A stretch of DNA of 64,000 bases from Polyangiaceae bacterium (GCA_044376115.1 JBILLK010000031.1:1-64000), one strand, 5' to 3'. Counted from the stretch's first letter, positions 27,065-37,421 are shown. The notes: generated from the letters alone by a model not told the origin. Numbers and translations: made by a program.

Positions 27065-28401
27065 AGGCCCACGGCGCGCATACGATGTTGGCGCTGCTTG
27101 CGCTGCTGCCCGCCCGCGAGGCTTGGGCTCACGAGCCGTGGAACTACGGCTTCGGCTCGCGCGCTACGGCGATGGGCGGCGCGGTCGCCGCCGACGTGAG
27201 CGACTTTTCGGCCAACTACTACAACCCCGCAGGCCTCGCCGATGAGGAAGGTCTTCGGCTTGGGCTCGGCTATTTCTGGTCGGAGAACCTGCTGCGCATC
27301 AACGATGAAGATAGCGGCGTGAAGAGCTCGCACGGCTTCTCCTTCGGGCTCGCCGCCGCCGGGCGCGTCTTCACCATGCCGCTCGCGCTCGGGCTCGCGG
27401 TGCATTTGCCCGACGAGGGCTTGAGTCGTTTGACCGCGCTCAAGCAGGAGATCCCGCGCTGGGAGCTTTATGACAACCGCTCCAGCGTGCTCTACCTCGC
27501 GGCCAACCTCGCGCTGCGGCCCTTCGAGTGGCTCGCGATCGGAGGTGGTATCTCCTTCCTTGCCTCGACGCGCGGTCGCTTCGAAATCACCGGCGCCGGT
27601 GACCTGCTATCGCCCTACGACTCGCAGCTTCGGCACGAGGTGGACGTCGATCTTTCGAGCGTGCGCTACCCGCAGCTGGGCGCGCTCGTGCATCTCGCCG
27701 AGGCGGCCTCGATCGCATTTGTGTACCGCGGTCAGACCAACCTCGATCTGCAGTTGACTGGGACGATCGACGCGACCTTGAACGCGGTCGGCATCGAGAT
27801 CCCGCTGCGCTACGAGCTGCAAGCCCGCACGATCCAAGCCTTTTTGCCGCAGCAATTGGTGGTCGGCGTATCGCTGCGTCCGCTGCCCGCCGTACGCTTC
27901 AACGCGGATCTGACCTGGGTCAATTGGTCCGCTTACAAGAACCCAACCGCGCGCACCATCGCCTCGCTCGAGGCCGAGGTCCCACCCGGATTTCCGGTCG
28001 AGCTGCCCACCGACGTCAAGAACACCGAGCTCGCGGCGCCACAGTTCTCCGATCGAATCGTGCCACGCGTTGGCTTGGAGTGGCGAATGCCGGTGCGCGG
28101 CGCTGATGGTAGCGAGAGCTCGATCGCCATTCCTTTGCGCGCCGGCTACGTCTTCGAGCTGTCGCCGGTCCCACCGCAGACTGGCAACACCAATTTCGTG
28201 AACGCCGATCGCCACACCAGCTCGTTCGGCGTGGGCATCGAAGTCCCGGAGTGGGGCGCCGCGCTCGACGTCCACGGGGCGATCTCGATCTTGCCGGAGA
28301 CCGTCACGATCAAAGCGAGCCCGGTCGATCTCGTCGGGGATTATCGCGCCGCCGGGGAGATGGTCAACGCCGGCGCGACCTTGCGCGGGACCTTTCGATG
28401 A
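27061..28401 (+). CDS. Second OmpP1/FadL/TodX-family channel (TTG 27061 or ATG 27085)
   Basis: 'GFGSRATAMGGA...YYNPAGL', LRAGYVFE, overlaps the preceding stop. Confidence 0.85.
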   Translation: MKAHGAHTMLALLALLPAREAWAHEPWNYGFGSRATAMGGAVAADVSDFSANYYNPAGLADEEGLRLGLGYFWSENLLRINDEDSGVKSSHGFSFGLAAAGRVFTMPLALGLAVHLPDEGLSRLTALKQEIPRWELYDNRSSVLYLAANLALRPFEWLAIGGGISFLASTRGRFEITGAGDLLSPYDSQLRHEVDVDLSSVRYPQLGALVHLAEAASIAFVYRGQTNLDLQLTGTIDATLNAVGIEIPLRYELQARTIQAFLPQQLVVGVSLRPLPAVRFNADLTWVNWSAYKNPTARTIASLEAEVPPGFPVELPTDVKNTELAAPQFSDRIVPRVGLEWRMPVRGADGSESSIAIPLRAGYVFELSPVPPQTGNTNFVNADRHTSSFGVGIEVPEWGAALDVHGAISILPETVTIKASPVDLVGDYRAAGEMVNAGATLRGTFR

Positions 28402-29420
28402 GGGCGTTTCGTGCGGCGTTGGTGGTGCTTTCGGCCTGCGCGACGCTGGCGGATGGGGAGCCGGGGCTCGACGCTACACCCTCGGCCAACGCAGGGCCGT
28501 TTCGCCTGCTCGAACCCGGCGAAATCGGCCAAGGGCGGGTGGCTCCCAACGTGATCGACGACGCCATGCTCGCGCTCGCCGATCTCTCGGTGGTCAGCGA
28601 TGGGCCGGACTCGCTCTCAGTCTCCGGCTTTGGTAGCGCTAAGCTAAGCGACGAGGCGAGCGGTAGCGTGCCCGGGATCGCGCGGGTGCGCGCGGTGGAC
28701 GGTCGCAGCTTCGAGCGTACGGCGGAGCCGGTTCTGAGGGCGCGTGAACCCTGGGAAGGCACGTTCGTGAGCTCGCCTTCGGCTGCGCGTGACGCCGATG
28801 GCGCGCTCTGGCTCGCCTATGAAGCGGCCGGGGGCATCGGTCTTACGCGCGAGGAGAACGCTGGCACCTTCGATAACGCCACGGAGCCTTTTCTGTCGTC
28901 ACTCGAGCTCGGCTCCGACGAGCAGCCGCGCGAGCCTGGGCTTGTGTTCCTGCCCGACGGTTCGCTGCGGCTCTTTTACTCGCTGCGCCTCGCCGATGGC
29001 CGGGTTGGGGTCGGGGTGGCCTCGAGCCCCGATGGTCGTGAGGTCAGCGACCACGGCCTAGTCTTGGTCAACGACGAGCCTGGTTCGGTGCTCTTTTCAC
29101 CAGAGGCTGTGGTCGGGGTCTCCGCCCAGGGACGCGAGATCCTCTACCTCTACTTTGCGACGCGCGTTGGGAACAGCCGCCAGGAGATTGGAATGGCCGC
29201 TCGGTTTTTGGATGGCTCCAAGGAGGATCTCGAGCGTAGTGAGGTCGTGGTCTACCGGCCAAAGGCTGACGTTGATGTGCGCCAACCCTGCGTCGTGCGC
29301 TGGCCCGACTACTCCATGCTGTTTGCCACGCAGGATGCTTCGGCCGGTTCATCCGCGCCGGTCGTGGTCGCGGGTCTAGCGCCAGCCGACGCTCTACTTC
29401 CGGTTGCTTCGCCGCCGTAA
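28398..29420 (+). CDS. Lipoprotein with glycoside-hydrolase-like beta-propeller repeats
   Basis: LSAC lipobox; repeated 'P..V...DG.L.LFY...IG.A.SPDG' blades. Confidence 0.7.
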   Translation: MRAFRAALVVLSACATLADGEPGLDATPSANAGPFRLLEPGEIGQGRVAPNVIDDAMLALADLSVVSDGPDSLSVSGFGSAKLSDEASGSVPGIARVRAVDGRSFERTAEPVLRAREPWEGTFVSSPSAARDADGALWLAYEAAGGIGLTREENAGTFDNATEPFLSSLELGSDEQPREPGLVFLPDGSLRLFYSLRLADGRVGVGVASSPDGREVSDHGLVLVNDEPGSVLFSPEAVVGVSAQGREILYLYFATRVGNSRQEIGMAARFLDGSKEDLERSEVVVYRPKADVDVRQPCVVRWPDYSMLFATQDASAGSSAPVVVAGLAPADALLPVASPP

Positions 29421-29429
29421 ACGCCGAGA

Positions 29430-30083
29430 ATGCACGCAGTCCCGATGCAGAAAACCGACGATCCGTTTCTCCGCTTCTTTCGTCGTGCTCCCAAGCAGGC
29501 GCGCTCGCGCGCGCTGGTTGGCGCGGTGATCAGCGCCTTCGAGGAACAGCTGGCCAACAATGAGTCGCTCGGGCCGTTGCGGCTGGAACAATTGATTGAA
29601 CGCGCTGGCGTCGGTATCGGCTCGTTCTATGAGTATTTCTCGAACAAAGATTCGCTCGTCGGCGTTTTGATCGGCCAGGTCACCGAGCGCAACTTCCAAG
29701 CGTTGCTCGCCCCGCTCGATCATGAGTTCGCGTCGGTCGAGGCCTTCGCCAACGAGTTTGCCCTGCACGTCGCGCGCACCTTCTTGGAGAAGCCTTACAC
29801 CACGCGTATGGCCATCGACGGCATCGGCCGCTTCGGGCTCTTGCGCACGATCGTGCTCGAGCGTGATCGCTTCGTAGGCCATCTGACCCCGCGGGTGCAG
29901 CCCTTCTTTCCAACCGTGCCGGCGGAGGAACTCCACACCGATTTGGTGATGATCGCAGACTGCGCGCTGGGCCGGCTCGCGTCGGCGCTGATGCGCGAAA
30001 AGTCCCCGGCGGTGGAGCCGGTGGCCAAGGAGCTCGCGGCCTTGGCCCTCGCTTATCTGTCGCGGCCGCGCAGCAAAGCTTAG
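29430..30083 (+). CDS. TetR/AcrR-family regulator
   Basis: PKQARSR...IERAGVGIGSFYEYFSNKDSL. Confidence 0.9.
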   Translation: MHAVPMQKTDDPFLRFFRRAPKQARSRALVGAVISAFEEQLANNESLGPLRLEQLIERAGVGIGSFYEYFSNKDSLVGVLIGQVTERNFQALLAPLDHEFASVEAFANEFALHVARTFLEKPYTTRMAIDGIGRFGLLRTIVLERDRFVGHLTPRVQPFFPTVPAEELHTDLVMIADCALGRLASALMREKSPAVEPVAKELAALALAYLSRPRSKA

Positions 30084-31783
30084 TTGCTCGCTTGGTCGAG
30101 TACGGCCTGAACTACAACGTCCGCGCCCGTCGGCGGCAAGTAGGTCCGCGCATCTTCGCCCTGCACCGTCAGCAAACGAGCCGCGGCGATGGTCGAGAAG
30201 CGTCGCTGTCCGGAGTTCGGCGACTGAAGGGCGTTACGCGCAATATCTTCGGCCTGCTCGAGCACCTCGCTCGAGGTAGCGAAGCGCGCGAGCAAACGAA
30301 GCGCACGAGCGCGCACCAGATCGTTTTCGTGCGAGCTCGCGAGGGCGAGCAGTTCACTCTCACGCTGCGCGAAGGTCGACTGCCAAAGCTGCGCAGCGAC
30401 GTCCCCGCTGTGGGCGCACCAATGGGCCGCTAGCAACCAGGTTTCGCTGCTGTCGACCTGGGGCCAAGGTCCCGGCGAGGCCAACGTCGTTGCGGGTAGT
30501 GGAGCCTCCGAAGGCTGCGGCCCGAGCACTGGAAAGAGGGGCGGCGCCACCGCTCCGCCCTCTTGCAAGACCCCGCGGTAGAGCGCACTTCCCTGCAGCG
30601 TCCGAACTTGAAGTGGCGAGAAATCCCCAGCCCCGTAGGCGATCGGAAACATCACGTTGCTGATGTCCGCGCAGCTCTGCGGATTCTGAATGTTGGCGCA
30701 AGCCGGGGTGTCGGAGAACGGATCCTGCGCCGCGACCTGGCTCTCGGTGGTGTGGAACAAACCTCCGAGATGACCGATCTCGTGCGCGAGAATGCTCGCG
30801 TCGTAGCCGGTATCCCCCGTCGGCGTGTAGGCGACGCCGCTCATCGTCGTACCGTGCACCATCGGTGAACCCGGGATGCCACCAGCGACTCCGAGCGCAT
30901 TGTCGATCTCGCCACCAAAATCCCCGACCACGAACAGGTTGATCGCCGGAGCCGAGCCGACCCCCGCCGACGACGCCAGCAAACTGCGGTATTCGGCTTG
31001 ATCCGCGATCGTCACGAAGCTGTTCGGTAGGTTGTTGAAGGTCACGTTGCCCAGCGTGATGCCGAGCTCGGGCCCGTAGTAACTTTGGGAAAGCGTCGAG
31101 AGCACCGTGCTCACGTAACCCTGGTCGGCGACTCCCGGCGCAATGAAGACATGCACATCGAACTGCCCACCGTGGAAGGCGCCGTCCTCGGTCCGCCGAA
31201 CGAACACGCGCGTGCGGGCCGAGGTAGGGATTTCGTCGCTTGCTAGATCGAGCACCCAGTTGCCTTCTTCCACCGGCCAAGCGTCCGCCAGCTCGGAGAG
31301 CGGGCTACCGCCAACCACGATGCGCTCGCCGACGAAGGTTTGCAGCCCCGTGCCGGGGATCTCGAAGTTGAAGATCACCGGGTTCGAGATCGCTGGGGGA
31401 CGCAACCGGCCGATGCCAATCAGGCCCGACTTCCCCGACTCCGATAAAGTGGTGATGCCCAGCGCTCGGTCCGGGATCGGGAACTTCACCGTGTCTTCGA
31501 TCGGGATGGTTCCGAGGTCGAGTTCGGCCAAGGATTGCACAGGCCCAGCCCACGGATCTACGCCGCCCTCGCCACCCGCTCCGGGGCCCGTTCCGCCGCC
31601 AGCCGTCGCTCCGCCGCCGCCCAGCGGAGTTCCTCCGGTGCTCGAGGCTGCGCCGCTGCTCGAGCTGCTGTTCGAGTTCGGCCCCGACCCAGCGCTCCCA
31701 CCGGTTGCATCCGTGCTGTCGCCACAACCCAGCACGACCAGCAAACAGCCAAGCGACGATGAAAAGCGAAGGGGCCTGCGCAT
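30080..31783 (-). CDS. Lipoprotein metzincin-type zinc metalloprotease (M43/pappalysin-like)
   Basis: VLGC lipobox, Gly/Ser linker, HEIGHLGGLFH zinc motif, 'SNVMF' Met-turn. Confidence 0.8.
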   Translation of the reverse strand: MRRPLRFSSSLGCLLVVLGCGDSTDATGGSAGSGPNSNSSSSSGAASSTGGTPLGGGGATAGGGTGPGAGGEGGVDPWAGPVQSLAELDLGTIPIEDTVKFPIPDRALGITTLSESGKSGLIGIGRLRPPAISNPVIFNFEIPGTGLQTFVGERIVVGGSPLSELADAWPVEEGNWVLDLASDEIPTSARTRVFVRRTEDGAFHGGQFDVHVFIAPGVADQGYVSTVLSTLSQSYYGPELGITLGNVTFNNLPNSFVTIADQAEYRSLLASSAGVGSAPAINLFVVGDFGGEIDNALGVAGGIPGSPMVHGTTMSGVAYTPTGDTGYDASILAHEIGHLGGLFHTTESQVAAQDPFSDTPACANIQNPQSCADISNVMFPIAYGAGDFSPLQVRTLQGSALYRGVLQEGGAVAPPLFPVLGPQPSEAPLPATTLASPGPWPQVDSSETWLLAAHWCAHSGDVAAQLWQSTFAQRESELLALASSHENDLVRARALRLLARFATSSEVLEQAEDIARNALQSPNSGQRRFSTIAAARLLTVQGEDARTYLPPTGADVVVQAVLDQASN

Positions 31784-31835
31784 CCGTCGATAGTAACGGC
31801 ACGCAGGCCCGATGGCTTGATCCGTCTCTACGGAT

Positions 31836-32855
31836 TCACTCTTTCATCGCTAGCAAGCGATCGACGAGCTCCGGGGAGAACGTCCCCTGCTTCAATTTCT
31901 CGATCGTGCTCTTGAACAACGCCTGCCACTCGGCTCGGTCGGAGTCCGATAGCTCCACCACCGTCATCTTCTCGGAGGCGCGCTTGAAGGCGGCCTCGTC
32001 CTCGTCACGCACCTTGCGCTTCAAGGCAGCGCCCGCGACCGCGCCGGTGTCGAGCAGGATGGTCCGCAAATCTCCGGGCAACGCGTCGATCCGCTTCTTG
32101 GACCAAACCACGCCACCCATGGCCATGATCGAGGACTCTTTGGCGATGTGATCCAACGACGCAAGCCACTGCAGCTGCTCGGCAGCGAGGGTCGGAGCGC
32201 TCAAGAAGTCCAGCCCTTTGACCTTGAGTTTCGGGGCCACCTCGGTCGCGCTCAACTCGACCAGCTTCACGTCTTTTACTTGCTGCCACAGCTGCGGGCC
32301 AATCTTGTCGCCGCGCCACGAAAGCACGTTCTTGCCCGCTAGATCGCTCGGGCGCTTCACCGCAAAGCCCTTCGACATCCCGCGCAGCCGTCCGAGATCG
32401 CCAAACGAAAGATAGTAGCCCTCGGCTTCGGCGGCCTTCATGAACTCGGGCGCGACCGCATCGCGCGCCTTGTCGAGCCCGGCCCAGGAGCGGAATAGCC
32501 CGGGCATCTGCAACGCGAGGATCGGCTTGTGAATCTTGGCGAGCCCAACCGAACTCACCGCTGCGCCGTCCAGTTGGCCGGTCTTCAGCTTGCCGATCAT
32601 GGTGGCGTCATCGCCCTGTTGGCCGTTGTAAAAGATCTCGAGCTTGAGCTTGCCGTCGCTCTTCTTGTTTACGGCCTCTTGCCAAACGCTGAACACCTTG
32701 CCCCAAAGGCTGGATTTGGGAGCAACCGTTCCGAGGCCCACCGTCTCTTCAGCGACCGCGCGGCTTGCGCTGGCGGTGCACAAGAGCGTCACGGCGAGCG
32801 CCAAGGAACGAAACAGCGATGCACGAACAGACCTGGCCGCAGTGATCTTCGTCAT
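31836..32855 (-). CDS. dctP: TRAP transporter substrate-binding protein DctP
   Basis: GTVAPKSSLW, GQQGDD...KLKTGQLDG, PSDLAG, IDALPGDLR. Confidence 0.85.
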   Translation of the reverse strand: MTKITAARSVRASLFRSLALAVTLLCTASASRAVAEETVGLGTVAPKSSLWGKVFSVWQEAVNKKSDGKLKLEIFYNGQQGDDATMIGKLKTGQLDGAAVSSVGLAKIHKPILALQMPGLFRSWAGLDKARDAVAPEFMKAAEAEGYYLSFGDLGRLRGMSKGFAVKRPSDLAGKNVLSWRGDKIGPQLWQQVKDVKLVELSATEVAPKLKVKGLDFLSAPTLAAEQLQWLASLDHIAKESSIMAMGGVVWSKKRIDALPGDLRTILLDTGAVAGAALKRKVRDEDEAAFKRASEKMTVVELSDSDRAEWQALFKSTIEKLKQGTFSPELVDRLLAMKE

Positions 32856-32909
32856 CTGCGCACCATAGCATAGGTTGACCGTTGGTCAGCCGGCTCTTAC
32901 GTAAGAGCT

Positions 32910-34364
32910 TCATTCGGACGGGCGACGGCCAAACTTCCGCGGGCCCCGGTCTCCGGTGCTGAAGCTCGAGGCCAAACGAATGAAGGTCCAGGCCGTCCCC
33001 GAAAGTTTGCGCAGCTTACTATCGCCGATTCGGTCGGCGTAACGGATGGGGAGCTCGACGACCTGGTAGCCGTGGCGTACCGGTTTGAGCAACGTATCGA
33101 TCGGTAGGGCGTCCCCCTCTCCGTCGAAGTCGAAGGCTCGGAGCATGCTCGTGCGATACCCACGCATCCCGCTGTGGACGTCGACCGTGGGCACCCCGTG
33201 AGCCAGCTGGGCCGCCGCAGCGAAGGTCCTGTTCGCTACGTAGTTAGCGAAGGGCATCGCCGCCGGCTTGCGAGCGGTGCGCGCGCAGTTGACCAAATCG
33301 GCACCCTGCTCGAGCAGGCGTCGAACCAGCGGGATGCACTCCGCTGGGTAGGTGCCATCACAATCGATGGTGATCAGCGCCTCTGTCTCAACGGCGTAAA
33401 GCAGCGCTTCCATCGCAGGGCCGTGGCCGCGTGCCGGCACCTGCCGGATCACGCGAGCGCCGAGTTCTCGCGCGATTTCCGGCGTTCTGTCGCGGGTCGA
33501 GCTGTCCACGCACACGATGCGCGCGTCCGGCGCATGGGCGCGGAGCAGCTCAATCATCGGCCGGACAGCGAGCTCTTCGTCCATCGTGAGCATGCCGATC
33601 GTCAGCGACAGCGGCCGCGGCCGCGGCTTTTTGCGCGCGAGAAACACATGTTGAAAGGCCAGTAGCTCGGGGCTGATTTGAGCCAAGCGCCGCTCAGCAG
33701 GCCAGCCCAGTTGCGCGTAAAGCGCGAACGGAAGGCTGTTGTCGAGGTTGAAGGCACGAGCTTCATCTGTCGCGTCCGCAGCAGGCGCCAGCCCCAGCCC
33801 GCGCTTGTGCAAGAGCGCACGGCTCAGCATCGGATTGAGGTCGCTGACGAGCAGCTCCAAGCCCGCAGCCTCAATCAGCTCGATCGCCGATTGCCTAGTA
33901 AAAAATCGAACATGGTCCCGGTCCAGGATGCCCGAGGCCTGATAGTCGAACTTGCCTTGCAAGAGCCCCAGCCGCACCGGCCAAGCAGCGATGTTCGGTA
34001 GCGAGATGAGCACGTGGCCTTCATCGTCGAGGTGGTTGAGCAGCGCGTTGAGCAGCTCTTCCGGTTTGCGCACGTGCTCGAGCACGTCGGCAAAGAGCAG
34101 CAGGTCAAAGCGGCGCTCTCCCAGCTTGCGGCTGGTTCCGGCAGCGTCCTCCAAGTCGACGTCGATGGTCTCGTTCAGCCGCTCGGCTGCGAGCGTTCTC
34201 GCCGCTGCGTTGCCCTCGAGCCCAACGACGGTTGCTCCGCGTGCGCGCGCGCGCTGCCCGTTGATTCCGCCGCCGCAGCCCACGTCGAGCACGCGGCGCG
34301 GGCGCCCTAGCAGGTGCAAGAGCGCGTGATTCGTGTGTTCGAGCGCGTAGCTGCGGTCAGCCAT
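32910..34364 (-). CDS. Fusion: class I SAM methyltransferase + GT2 glycosyltransferase (Dpm1-like)
   Basis: VLDVGCGGG, ADVLEH, GILDRDHVRFFT, then GHG, TIDCDGTYP, DVHSGMRGY, ELPIRYADRIGDSKL. Confidence 0.88.
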   Translation of the reverse strand: MADRSYALEHTNHALLHLLGRPRRVLDVGCGGGINGQRARARGATVVGLEGNAAARTLAAERLNETIDVDLEDAAGTSRKLGERRFDLLLFADVLEHVRKPEELLNALLNHLDDEGHVLISLPNIAAWPVRLGLLQGKFDYQASGILDRDHVRFFTRQSAIELIEAAGLELLVSDLNPMLSRALLHKRGLGLAPAADATDEARAFNLDNSLPFALYAQLGWPAERRLAQISPELLAFQHVFLARKKPRPRPLSLTIGMLTMDEELAVRPMIELLRAHAPDARIVCVDSSTRDRTPEIARELGARVIRQVPARGHGPAMEALLYAVETEALITIDCDGTYPAECIPLVRRLLEQGADLVNCARTARKPAAMPFANYVANRTFAAAAQLAHGVPTVDVHSGMRGYRTSMLRAFDFDGEGDALPIDTLLKPVRHGYQVVELPIRYADRIGDSKLRKLSGTAWTFIRLASSFSTGDRGPRKFGRRPSE

Positions 34365-35022
34365 GGTGCCCATCCACTTCAATGATCGCCGTCGCTAGTT
34401 CGAGCAGCCGCGGCCGCAGCAGCCGCGGCTCCGCCGCAGCGAGCGACGCACCAGCGCCTGCCCCACGATGGGGACAGATTTCACAACGGTGCTCGAGGCT
34501 CAGCAACGCGCCGGACATCCCGGCGGCGGAGCTCGCTCGCATATCGGTCAAGGTGTCGCCCACCATCCAGCATTGGGCCGGCCTCACCTGGGCGAACTCC
34601 GCCAACGCGATTAGCAGCCCTGGCTGCGGCTTGCGACATTCGCAGGGGCCAATCAAATCAGCGCGCCCACCGTCCCCGCCCTCGGGGTGGTGCAAGCAGC
34701 TCGCGATGCCGAGCACCGGGATGCCGTGCTCCGCTAGGCGGTCGAGCAGCGCCTGATTGGTGGTTACGATGGCCTCCTCCTCGAGTTCGCCTTTGGCGGC
34801 CCCGGGCTGATTGGTCGCAATCAAGATTGCGTAGCCGGCTTTTGCGAGCCGCTCGAGGCCGAGCAGTACGCTGGGTAGAAAGCGCAGCTGCGCCGGGTGA
34901 AACGCAGGCGTCACCACGCCGAGCTCGGGGTCTCGAACGAAGTCGATCAAAGTGCCGTCACGGTCGAAGATCACGGCGCGCTCGAACGCGGTGGGCGCCG
35001 CGGCGCCAGGCTGCAACTTCAA
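34357..35022 (-). CDS. gmhB: D-glycero-D-manno-heptose-bisphosphate phosphatase (HAD-IIIA)
   Basis: FDRDGTL, ATNQPG, CLHH...CECRKPQPG, MVGD. Confidence 0.85.
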   Translation of the reverse strand: MKLQPGAAAPTAFERAVIFDRDGTLIDFVRDPELGVVTPAFHPAQLRFLPSVLLGLERLAKAGYAILIATNQPGAAKGELEEEAIVTTNQALLDRLAEHGIPVLGIASCLHHPEGGDGGRADLIGPCECRKPQPGLLIALAEFAQVRPAQCWMVGDTLTDMRASSAAGMSGALLSLEHRCEICPHRGAGAGASLAAAEPRLLRPRLLELATAIIEVDGHHG

Positions 35023-35645
35023 GCGTACTCAGTCGGCGGGGCCGCCTCACAAAGCTCGCGCAGACGCGCGCAAAGCAGGTGGTGATACACGACGTGGAAG
35101 CCCTCCACGTGCGGCGTCGTCGAATGGCCTGCGTCGGTGCTCGGGACGATCAACGAAACGTCGGCGAGCGTTCGCAGCGCGCCGCCGTCGAAGCCCACCA
35201 TCGCCAAGACGAAGCCCTCGCGCTGCTTGGCCAGCGTGGCCGCCCGAATCAGATTCTGCGACCACGGGCCGGCTTGGTCAGCCCCGCTACCGCCATGAAC
35301 CGATAGGCAGATAAGCACGTCGCCTGGCTCGAACAGCGGCTCTAACTGCTCACTAAAGACGCTGCCAAAACCGAGGTCGTTGGTGATGGCGCTGATCAGC
35401 GCTGCATTGTCGCATAGCGACTGCACCCGGAATCTGCGTTTGCCGCTCACCACCGTAAACTTCGCCAGGTCGGCTGCAAGGTGGGAGGCGTTGGCGGCGC
35501 TACCACCATTGCCGCAGACAAAGATGCTGGCGCCGCGTTGCCACGCTGCGAACAAGAGATCGAGCGCTCGGGTGAGCGCCTGCCGGTCAGAGCGGGCTGC
35601 AATCTCAGCCGTTTCGCGAAGATAGCGGTCTACGAAGGAATCCAT
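35019..35645 (-). CDS. gmhA: Sedoheptulose-7-phosphate isomerase (SIS domain)
   Basis: CGNGGSAANASH, ITNDLGF, GFDGG, EGFH...HH. Confidence 0.85.
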   Translation of the reverse strand: MDSFVDRYLRETAEIAARSDRQALTRALDLLFAAWQRGASIFVCGNGGSAANASHLAADLAKFTVVSGKRRFRVQSLCDNAALISAITNDLGFGSVFSEQLEPLFEPGDVLICLSVHGGSGADQAGPWSQNLIRAATLAKQREGFVLAMVGFDGGALRTLADVSLIVPSTDAGHSTTPHVEGFHVVYHHLLCARLRELCEAAPPTEYA

Positions 35646-35721
35646 GCGGGGCGCGGAGCCTACGCCAGGCGCGGAGGCGCGGACGTCAAATTCGATCACC
35701 GGGCAGCGCTGCAGTGGCTGG

Positions 35722-36672
35722 TTACAGTAGCTGCGCTCCCGGTGCGCCAAAACGGAACGGAAGCTGTGAAAGTCCGCGGGATCGCAGCGCTTGCTCGACC
35801 CGGGCCAGGGCCTCGGGACGAGCGCAAAACATGATGAAGCCGCCCCCGCCCGCTCCCATCACCTTGCCGCCCAGCGCGCCAGCCCGCATGCCAGCGTCGT
35901 AGAGGTCATCGAGCGTCGCCGAAGAGGCGGTGGTGACCTTTTGCTTCTCGCTCCAATGTTGATGCAAGAGCTCGCCGAACTCGTCCAGTTTGCCGCGTGA
36001 AAGCAGCCGGCACACCTCCTGACCGAGCGCCTTGATACGGTGCATGCCCAGCAGCGCTTGTTCCTCCAGCGCTGCAACCCGCGCCGATTGCACCGAAAGT
36101 ACCTCGCGCGAGGGACGACGGATACCGGTGTAAAAAACGGTGATCCGCTGTTCGAGCTGACGCACCGTAGCCTCGGCGATTGGCGCTGGGGTTACCGAGA
36201 ACTCCCCCGAGGTATCGATCTCGATGCACTGCAGCCCACCGAAGGCGGCGATGGTTGGATCTTGGCAGCCCACCGGCTCTCCCAGCCGCGCGCTCTCGAT
36301 CAGGAACGCACGCTTGGCAAGCTCGCCCGGCGAAAGTGCTAGCCCTCGCTGGGAACAAATAGCGGTTAGCAAAGCGACCGTGAAGCTGCCCGACGAGCCC
36401 AAGCCTGTATTGGGTGGCACCTCGCTCAATGAGGTAACAGCGGTATCGAGCGGGAGGCCAAACTCCTCCAGGCAGGCTCGCGTCAACGGACTATCGCTGA
36501 CGACCGCTGCTCCATCGGCTTGCGGTCGCTCCCCGCGCGAGCTCAGGCGCACGACCACGCTCTTATCGATCGCCGCGCTGAGGACGAAGCCGCCAAATCG
36601 ACTAGCGTAGGCGGGAAGATCGGTTCCACCTCCACCCAGCGAGATGCGCAGCGGCGCTTGCGCAGAGATCAC
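35722..36672 (-). CDS. hddA: GHMP-family heptose-7-phosphate kinase
   Basis: APLRISLGGGGTD, GLGSSGS, GCQD, GGKVMGAGGGGF. Confidence 0.85.
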   Translation of the reverse strand: MISAQAPLRISLGGGGTDLPAYASRFGGFVLSAAIDKSVVVRLSSRGERPQADGAAVVSDSPLTRACLEEFGLPLDTAVTSLSEVPPNTGLGSSGSFTVALLTAICSQRGLALSPGELAKRAFLIESARLGEPVGCQDPTIAAFGGLQCIEIDTSGEFSVTPAPIAEATVRQLEQRITVFYTGIRRPSREVLSVQSARVAALEEQALLGMHRIKALGQEVCRLLSRGKLDEFGELLHQHWSEKQKVTTASSATLDDLYDAGMRAGALGGKVMGAGGGGFIMFCARPEALARVEQALRSRGLSQLPFRFGAPGAQLL

Positions 36673-37421
36673 GCGTGCAGCTCCGCACGCAGCGTATGAG
36701 GGCTCTGCTCGGCGAAGGCTTGTTCGAGGGCGCGCAATCCGGACTCCGAGCCGATCTCGTAGAACCGTTCACTGGCTCGATGCGCCAAGAGCTTGCCGCT
36801 GGCCGCGAGTTGGCTCTGGACGCGGTCGAGGCCGAAGCTGCCGCGTTCGGGCAAGCCTTCGATCACGGAGCGTTTGAGGGCCAACGCGCCGTAGTCAATG
36901 AAGGTTAGCCGCGGAGCTGCCTCACTCGCGTGCTTTTGATAATGGGTTACGCGTTCGCCTACCACCGCTGCATTCGAACGTTCGTGCGCATCGTGGTTCT
37001 CGAAAACGGCCATGCAGCCGTCGGCCTCTTGCGGATACCGCTCGAGCAACCGGAGCGGCGCGCCATAGTCATACGGTAAATAGGAATCTCCGTAGGTGAC
37101 GACGAACGTTGGCTGCAACAGGGGCAGCGCGCTGCGCAGCGCCATGGCGGTGCCTTGCTGCTCCCCTCCATCGACGCAGTGGAGGAGGCGCATCCGCCCG
37201 GCCAAGCGCTGCACTGCGGGCGATTCGAGCGCCGCTTGAACCTCGTTTGCCAGATGGCCCAACGCGAACAGGGCCTCATCAAAACCACAGCGCGCCAACC
37301 GAAGCACCAGGTGAAACAAGAATGGTTGCCCGGCGACCGAAAGCAAGACTTTGGGCGTGCGCTCGGTGCGCGGCAACATCCGCGTTCCCAAGCCGCCCGC
37401 CAAGACGACCACCTGCTTCAT
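36669..37421 (-). CDS. hddC: Sugar-1-phosphate nucleotidyltransferase (heptose guanylyltransferase-like)
   Basis: LAGGLGTRM, PKVL, YGDSY, FYEIGS, in an operon with hddA/gmhA/gmhB. Confidence 0.78.
   Translation of the reverse strand: MKQVVVLAGGLGTRMLPRTERTPKVLLSVAGQPFLFHLVLRLARCGFDEALFALGHLANEVQAALESPAVQRLAGRMRLLHCVDGGEQQGTAMALRSALPLLQPTFVVTYGDSYLPYDYGAPLRLLERYPQEADGCMAVFENHDAHERSNAAVVGERVTHYQKHASEAAPRLTFIDYGALALKRSVIEGLPERGSFGLDRVQSQLAASGKLLAHRASERFYEIGSESGLRALEQAFAEQSPHTLRAELHA

Noticed and set aside
25624..28401. 925-aa single ORF or frameshifted double FadL
   Set aside because: The N-terminal half is an off-frame reading of the first FadL gene; two separate genes with their own signal peptides fit better.
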